Shown piece after piece: positions 58,570-64,000 of a stretch of 64,000 bases of DNA (positions are counted from its first letter, which is position 1; every line of letters starts with the position of its first letter). A program made the translations under genes and the position numbers. The notes beneath the pieces are model-generated. The model was not told the origin of the DNA. It did no database searches and saw nothing but the letters and a program-made list of their open reading frames with translations. The stretch lies in the IMG/VR virus record IMGVR_UViG_3300018063_000012, positions 1-64,000 of that record. The stretch is one strand, 5' to 3'. The DNA is from a virus.

Positions 58570-58833
58570 ATGTTGAGTCGCAGAAAGAAAAAAGATGTAG
58601 CCATAGAACGAGCGAAAGCTATTAAAGAATTGAAGGTCGATGTGCCAGATGTGATACTAAATAATCAGGCATCGCCCATAGATATATGTGGCAAGAATGG
58701 AAAATCTATTCTTGTGCTTGAACCTTACGGGAGTGTCACTCTGAGTGATAGCTTGAAGGAAACGCTGAATAACAGCGAACAGTATAGAAACCTAATAGCC
58801 AGAGGAATTTTGGCAAAGGTGAAATACCAGTAA
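58570..58833 (+). CDS. Hypothetical tail-region protein
   Basis: SD gaggag + MLSRRK. Confidence 0.5.
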   Translation: MLSRRKKKDVAIERAKAIKELKVDVPDVILNNQASPIDICGKNGKSILVLEPYGSVTLSDSLKETLNNSEQYRNLIARGILAKVKYQ

Positions 58834-58847
58834 CGGAGGAATGACTT

Positions 58848-60356
58848 ATGACAATTGGGATTAACATAACAGAGTTGGTGTCGCAAGGTTCACCGGTCTT
58901 AGAAGGTGATAACGAACTGACTCCGGGATTCTTGGTAGTGTCTAAACGAGGCCCGGCTGACTTTCCAATACTGATTACCAGTATGAATCAATTCAAAAGA
59001 CTATTCGGTGAGCATACTACTGCCGGATACGGAGCTTATGTTTTGGAAGGTTATTTTTTGAACGGCGGAAGAAAAGCTTTTGTGAGTCGTATAGTTGGCT
59101 CCGGTGCCGCGGCTTCCGCGGTTACATTGGTCGATAGAGCCAGTACGCCATTGGACACATTGACGATTGAAGCTGGATATAAAGGACGACTTGACAAAGG
59201 AACTTGGGGGGATAATCTATCGGTAGCTATTACTGATAACGTAGACGATACCACTCTGTTTGACTTAGAAGTACTTCTCTCCGGTGTGACTAAAGAAGTA
59301 TGGCGAGGAGTGACTCCTGCGACAGCTGTCACAGCAATAAATGACTCTGTATCAGGTTCCGAATATATCAAAGCGACTAACGAGAACTCTACTTCAACAG
59401 CACCGGATAATAATCCAGCAGTCGGAAGTTCAAACTTAAGTGCCGGTGTCGCAGGTTCCGCCCCGGCCGTTACAGCATATAATGGAGTGCAGGCTGACTT
59501 TACAGGGGTGTATGCTTTCGATGCACTTGATATTAGTCATCTGGCTAATGCGGAGTCGACTGATGCAACGCATTTAGATAATCTGCGAGATTATTGTTCA
59601 GCGAGAGGAACCATTCTTGGAGTGGCCTCTATTCCAGTTGCATCAACTGTGTCTTCCGCTAAGACATTCGGACAGGCATTGCAAATTTCAAATGCTTATA
59701 TGGCACTGTATGGCGGATGGGTTTTGGTGAGTGACCCAATTGGTTCGGGTCCTAATCCACTTAAATGGGTGTCCCCGGTTGGACATGTCCTTGGAGTATA
59801 TGCCAGAACATTGCGTGACCGTGGAGTGCATAAAGCCCCGGCTGGTGTAACAGACGGCCAGCTAAAAGGAGTTTTTGATATTGATATGGATGTGAATAAT
59901 GATACAGACTTGACAGACTTAGCCACTAATGGTGTGAATACGCTTAAGGCAGTGCCAGGTTATGGTAATTGCGTTCTGGTGTCCAGAACTCTCTCCAAAG
60001 ATGTTCGGTGGAGATTCGTGAACGTTCGGAACTTGTTTAACTATGTAAAACGGGCGCTGAAGAATGGATTGGCTTTCGTTCAGCAAGAACCGAATGATGG
60101 GGTGCTAAGGGCGAAGGTTAAGAATAACACTGTCCTTCCTTTTATGCGCACTTTGTTTCAGGCAGGAGCTTTTGGGTCCGGTAAATTTGAGGACTTGGTA
60201 AGTATCATTTGTGATGAATCTAATAACCCGCCAAACGAGATTGAGTTGGGAAATTTCCATCTGGATATGACTTTCTTCCCAAGCAAACCAGCGGAGAGTA
60301 TTTTCATCTCTGTAGCCCAGCAACAGACAGGTAGTTCAGCCGCGTCCGAGACTTAA
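58848..60356 (+). CDS. Contractile tail sheath protein
   Basis: RGP..P..ITS..QF...FG, YF.NGG, RGVHKAPAG, RTLS....WRFVNVR, EPND. Confidence 0.93.
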   Translation: MTIGINITELVSQGSPVLEGDNELTPGFLVVSKRGPADFPILITSMNQFKRLFGEHTTAGYGAYVLEGYFLNGGRKAFVSRIVGSGAAASAVTLVDRASTPLDTLTIEAGYKGRLDKGTWGDNLSVAITDNVDDTTLFDLEVLLSGVTKEVWRGVTPATAVTAINDSVSGSEYIKATNENSTSTAPDNNPAVGSSNLSAGVAGSAPAVTAYNGVQADFTGVYAFDALDISHLANAESTDATHLDNLRDYCSARGTILGVASIPVASTVSSAKTFGQALQISNAYMALYGGWVLVSDPIGSGPNPLKWVSPVGHVLGVYARTLRDRGVHKAPAGVTDGQLKGVFDIDMDVNNDTDLTDLATNGVNTLKAVPGYGNCVLVSRTLSKDVRWRFVNVRNLFNYVKRALKNGLAFVQQEPNDGVLRAKVKNNTVLPFMRTLFQAGAFGSGKFEDLVSIICDESNNPPNEIELGNFHLDMTFFPSKPAESIFISVAQQQTGSSAASET

Positions 60357-60357
60357 G

Positions 60358-60831
60358 ATGAAGATTTGCTCTAAATGTAGAATAGAGAAAGAGCTCTCCG
60401 ATTTTGGATTAGATAACAGAATGAGACTGGGGAGAAGATCCGCCTGTCGGGAATGTAATGCTAAATTTAAACGAGAGCAGTATTCTAAAAATAGAGAACA
60501 AATTTTAATAGACGTTAAAAAATACCAAGCAAAATATCCAGAAGTGGGATTAAACGCCACTTTGAAACGGTCATATGGAATAATGAGTAAAGATTGGGAT
60601 AGGATGTTTAATACCCAAGAAGATATGTGTGCAAGATGTCATAAACTAATGGATAGAAATAAGAGAAGAGAAATTCACGTCGACCATAATCATTTAACTG
60701 GACAAGTGCGAGCTTTAATCCACCGCAGGTGTAACCTTTTGATTAGTGGAGTAGATGATAAGGATGAACTAAAGTTGTCGCTAGAATACTTGAAAAAGTA
60801 TGATAGAGAATGGGCTATGGAGGTTAAATAA
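60358..60831 (+). CDS. Endonuclease VII-like HNH homing endonuclease
   Basis: CSKC..CREC, YGI, C.RC, VDHNH.TG.VRAL....CN. Confidence 0.82.
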   Translation: MKICSKCRIEKELSDFGLDNRMRLGRRSACRECNAKFKREQYSKNREQILIDVKKYQAKYPEVGLNATLKRSYGIMSKDWDRMFNTQEDMCARCHKLMDRNKRREIHVDHNHLTGQVRALIHRRCNLLISGVDDKDELKLSLEYLKKYDREWAMEVK

Positions 60832-60833
60832 TT

Positions 60834-61292
60834 ATGACAGAGAAGTGGAAAGGTAATCATTTCGTAGTAGAGATTGACGGGATTCAGTCCCCAACTATAG
60901 ATGCCGTGCAGGGATTGTCAATGGGATCCACTACGGCACTTGAAATCGTGGATGCGGGAACTAATTTAATTGATAAGATTAGCTCCGGGATTGTAAAATT
61001 CGCACCACTTATTTTGATGCGTAATATGGACGGTTCACCGGCTGACCAAGCTTTTATTGACTGGTTTAAAGAGATGTTTGATTTGACTGACCCTATTGCA
61101 TCACTGGGGAGTAATACCAGACGGAATGGTGCAATTGTTAAAAGGGAATTCGGTCAAGAAGTCCTACGCATAGGATTTGTAGGTGCATGGATTCGTGAGA
61201 TGACACTCGGCGACCTGACTTCAAATGCCGAAGATCTGTGGAAAAGAACTATTACATTAGAACACCAAGGATTATTCGAAACAATATCGTAA
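60834..61292 (+). CDS. Tail tube protein (T4 gp19-like)
   Basis: F.VEIDG....V.GL, F.DW, RRNG.I, GAW. Confidence 0.82.
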   Translation: MTEKWKGNHFVVEIDGIQSPTIDAVQGLSMGSTTALEIVDAGTNLIDKISSGIVKFAPLILMRNMDGSPADQAFIDWFKEMFDLTDPIASLGSNTRRNGAIVKREFGQEVLRIGFVGAWIREMTLGDLTSNAEDLWKRTITLEHQGLFETIS

Positions 61293-61311
61293 ATTAAAAC
61301 AGGAGGAATGT

Positions 61312-61530
61312 ATGGAAAATTTTACAGGTAGTAAGATGGACGATTCCGGAAAGTTGCCCCTTAGTCAAGCCGGTGACGGGAAAAATATGAGTCCAGAGGC
61401 TGGAAATCAGGGAGACCCCTCGAGCGCCGGACCGACTAAAGAAGCCGCCGCATCCGGTAATCTTGATAGTGTTGTTGGTAATAAGGGGGACGAGTCAAGC
61501 AATAAACCATATAATAAAACCGGTAATTAA
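61312..61530 (+). CDS. Small low-complexity hypothetical protein
   Basis: SD aggagg; G/S/N/D-rich. Confidence 0.5.
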   Translation: MENFTGSKMDDSGKLPLSQAGDGKNMSPEAGNQGDPSSAGPTKEAAASGNLDSVVGNKGDESSNKPYNKTGN

Positions 61531-61602
61531 GATTCGGAAGACTTGTGTCCAAAAAGAATAAGAAACGCAAAAGGAAATCACTTAAATAAAAGGAGAACTA
61601 CA

Positions 61603-62361
61603 ATGGACTTTACATTACCAATCGGTGTTCAGAAAGACGGAAAGACGATTAAGAGCATGGAAGTTAAGGAACTGGATGGATATGCCAGAAGGATCCTAAC
61701 GGACATCAAGAAGAATAAGAATGCGGCTAAAGTTGTGACCGGTCTTCTAGGGCATTGCCTTATGGTAGATGGAAAGTCTATTGGTGATGTATTAGCACAG
61801 AGGATGTTTGTTGTAGATAGGAATGCGGCACTGGTCGCCCTGCAGAGGGAGTCTAACGGAGATAACGTGGTCGCGCATTATAACTGTGTATGGTGCAATC
61901 AGGGATTTGAATTTGAGGATAATCTGGCACTACTTGACTGTCAGATACTTCCTGAAGGAGAACTACTTGAAACTGTAACAGTGCAACTCGATAAGGGATT
62001 TAAAGATTCTGAAGATAATGTCCACAGAGATGTAACGATGAGAGTGCCGACTGGACAGGACGAAGAGGTAACTGCGCATATGTTTTTGGAGAGCTATCAG
62101 CAATGGTGCTCGACTATTATAATTCGACTGACTACTAAATTCGGTGATTTAGATATGGATAAATTCGCTGGACTCGGTGTTAAAGTTATCGACGCAATAT
62201 CCGCCCGGGATATTGATAAATTGATTGCGGCAGTGAATACCGAGCTCCCGGGGTATAAAACTAAGCACGATGTCATTTGTGCTAACTGTCAAAAAGTTGT
62301 GACAGTAAGTCAGGATATGTCAAGTTTTTTCTTGCCGAATCAAATGGTGAATATGCGATAA
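61603..62361 (+). CDS. Tail assembly chaperone / baseplate-hub-like protein
   Basis: FTLP.G, DR...L, CxxC..., MR.PTG.DE, CANC; ends at slippery TTTTTTC. Confidence 0.7.
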   Translation: MDFTLPIGVQKDGKTIKSMEVKELDGYARRILTDIKKNKNAAKVVTGLLGHCLMVDGKSIGDVLAQRMFVVDRNAALVALQRESNGDNVVAHYNCVWCNQGFEFEDNLALLDCQILPEGELLETVTVQLDKGFKDSEDNVHRDVTMRVPTGQDEEVTAHMFLESYQQWCSTIIIRLTTKFGDLDMDKFAGLGVKVIDAISARDIDKLIAAVNTELPGYKTKHDVICANCQKVVTVSQDMSSFFLPNQMVNMR

Positions 62362-62519
62362 ACGAGGTTATATATTTGCTGGCCAGTAAATATCACTGGG
62401 GCTACGAGGAGATCCTGCGAATGCCATATCAAGCAATTGATTGGCACTTTAATAGATTGATGAGAGATCTGGACGCAGAGAAACGCGCAGTAGATGAGAT
62501 TAAGAGTAAAAACCGGTGA
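62325..62519 (+). CDS. -1 frameshift extension of tail chaperone
   Basis: -1 frame reads FLAESNGEYAINEVIYLLASKYHWGYEEILRMP...KNR*. Confidence 0.7.
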   Translation, partial: FFLAESNGEYAINEVIYLLASKYHWGYEEILRMPYQAIDWHFNRLMRDLDAEKRAVDEIKSKNR

Positions 62520-62525
62520 TGAGGA

Positions 62526-64000
62526 ATGGCTACAGGACAAGAATTCGGATTTGGCTTTAAACTGACGCTCAATGACCAACTAACAAATTCATTAAAAACT
62601 GCGGCCGCTGGAATTAACCAATTTTCAGGTCAATTCAACGGATTTATTAGTTTAGTGAAGTATGCAACAAGCGCACTAGTTGGCTTCTACGCAACATCAC
62701 GAGTAATTCAACAGATTCGCCAATTGCTATACTTCGGTCAGGATCTGGAACAGAAACAAGTTCAGTTGCAAGCACTGACTGGTTCCTTGAAAGAGGCCAG
62801 AGGTCTCTTTGAGTTCGCCCGGAAGAAGGCGGAGCAGTTACCATTCGGAAGTATCACAGAGATTCTCGGTGCAATCAAAGCTATGAATCTTTTCGGATTT
62901 AGCGCCCAAAAGCATTTTGATGCTATAGCTGGACTTGCCGCTGTCTCCGGTGAATCACTTGAATCAGTCGTATATAATCTGAACTTCTTTACACAGTCCG
63001 GATTTGCACGCGGGCTTGCGCGTATGGGCGTGAACGTAAAGGAACTGCAAAAAGCTACCCATGGATTAAGGGCAGGTACTGATGAATTCAGAGAGGCAAC
63101 TATCAAATTCATTGGAAGTCAAGAGAAGTTTAAGAATGCAGTCAGTGTGCAGAGAAATACTCTGGCCGGTCTACGAGATGATATTCAAGATGTCTTTGAA
63201 GCGTTTAAATTAGATATCATAGGATTGAATAAAGAAGGTGGATTACTGGGTGGGTATAAGAGATTCCTGCGACAGATTAGAAACTTTCTGGTAGAACATA
63301 AAGAAGGATTGAAACAAATAGCAGTATCTATCGGTCGAGTCCTTGGCGGTGTATTTGATATACTTGGACAAGCATTTACAAGAATGACTAAGAGTTTTGG
63401 TGGGTGGATTGATTCAACAGGGAACATGTTTAAGACTAATCAGGACTTGATTACTCAATTTTTATTTTGGATAGGACTGATTGAGTTGAGAATCGAGGGC
63501 ATAATGAAAACAGCATGGGAATGGATGAATAAAATAGCTGATGCTCTGGGCGGCTGGAAAGCAGTTAGTGCTGGACTGGCCGTAATGGTTGCCGGAACTG
63601 GCATAGCGACTTTAGGTTCCTCCATGGTAACACTGGCATCTGCATTAGGGTTATCCTTAGGACCTATGGCGCTGTTAGCGGCCAATTTGTTTATATGGTC
63701 CGATGTTGTAATTCAATGGCAACACTTAAAAAAGTCAATGTCAGATATGACTTGGGGAGAGATTGCTCAGTCAATAGGATACTACAGTAATTTAGGCGGA
63801 TTAATGGAAAGTGTAAAGGGCATTCCTTCCGCCGGAAAACAAAGTATTACTCCAGCTGAATCAACCGCCGCTACAGAACGCATACATGAAATTACAATCG
63901 GAACCGTGCATAATCATTATGATAATGCCGACCCGAATAAAGCACCAGCGCATGCAACTAAAATGATTGATAGCCTAAAAAATAAACGTGGGGGAGAACA
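62526..64000 (+). CDS. Tape measure protein (runs off window)
   Basis: ATG 62526 after SD gagg; MATGQEFGFG...L.ALTGS..EA..LFE.....A..LPF; open to window end. Confidence 0.85.
   Translation, partial: MATGQEFGFGFKLTLNDQLTNSLKTAAAGINQFSGQFNGFISLVKYATSALVGFYATSRVIQQIRQLLYFGQDLEQKQVQLQALTGSLKEARGLFEFARKKAEQLPFGSITEILGAIKAMNLFGFSAQKHFDAIAGLAAVSGESLESVVYNLNFFTQSGFARGLARMGVNVKELQKATHGLRAGTDEFREATIKFIGSQEKFKNAVSVQRNTLAGLRDDIQDVFEAFKLDIIGLNKEGGLLGGYKRFLRQIRNFLVEHKEGLKQIAVSIGRVLGGVFDILGQAFTRMTKSFGGWIDSTGNMFKTNQDLITQFLFWIGLIELRIEGIMKTAWEWMNKIADALGGWKAVSAGLAVMVAGTGIATLGSSMVTLASALGLSLGPMALLAANLFIWSDVVIQWQHLKKSMSDMTWGEIAQSIGYYSNLGGLMESVKGIPSAGKQSITPAESTAATERIHEITIGTVHNHYDNADPNKAPAHATKMIDSLKNKRGGE

Noticed and set aside
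58848-62519. Bacterial extracellular contractile injection system (eCIS/PVC) locus
   Set aside because: The sheath and tube resemble such systems, but terminase, portal, scaffold and capsid genes are in the same gene set, so this is a phage tail.
329-63685. All minus-strand ORFs in the track
   Set aside because: They are short, antisense to well-supported + strand genes, and have no motifs or RBS.
1-64000. Alternative genetic code (stop-codon reassignment), suggested by the in-frame TAA at 50690 and many stop-abutting-start junctions
   Set aside because: Conserved genes are intact under code 11 and end sensibly at TAA, TAG and TGA.

Overview
A 64-kb segment of a lytic-looking, contractile-tailed (myovirus-like) dsDNA bacteriophage genome. 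All credible genes lie on the + strand and are tightly packed. In order: a phage sigma-70-like factor and many small or Zn-finger ORFs (0-6.6 kb); three DNA methyltransferases, a nucleotidyltransferase, a HAD hydrolase and two structured or tRNA-like elements; beta-helix and repeat-rich virion proteins; primase and a DnaX-like clamp loader; terminase, portal and minor head protein; an 8-gene glycosyltransferase/methyltransferase island; an S49 peptidase and a DHH phosphoesterase; an accessory region preceded by sigma54-type promoter motifs; a lysis cassette; scaffold, major capsid, neck, sheath, tube, a frameshifting chaperone and a partial tape measure gene. Four free-standing HNH/EndoVII nuclease genes are interspersed. 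The most striking unexplained feature is an 11-member family of small, very basic proteins that share only an N-terminal tag, M(A/T)W(S/T)(D/E)xARxAS..ARR. Eight copies form a tandem cassette-like array at 49.2-51.6 kb and three are dispersed among virion genes. No integrase, DNA polymerase, CRISPR or reverse transcriptase is visible in the window. All functional calls come from motif recognition by eye; no database search was run.
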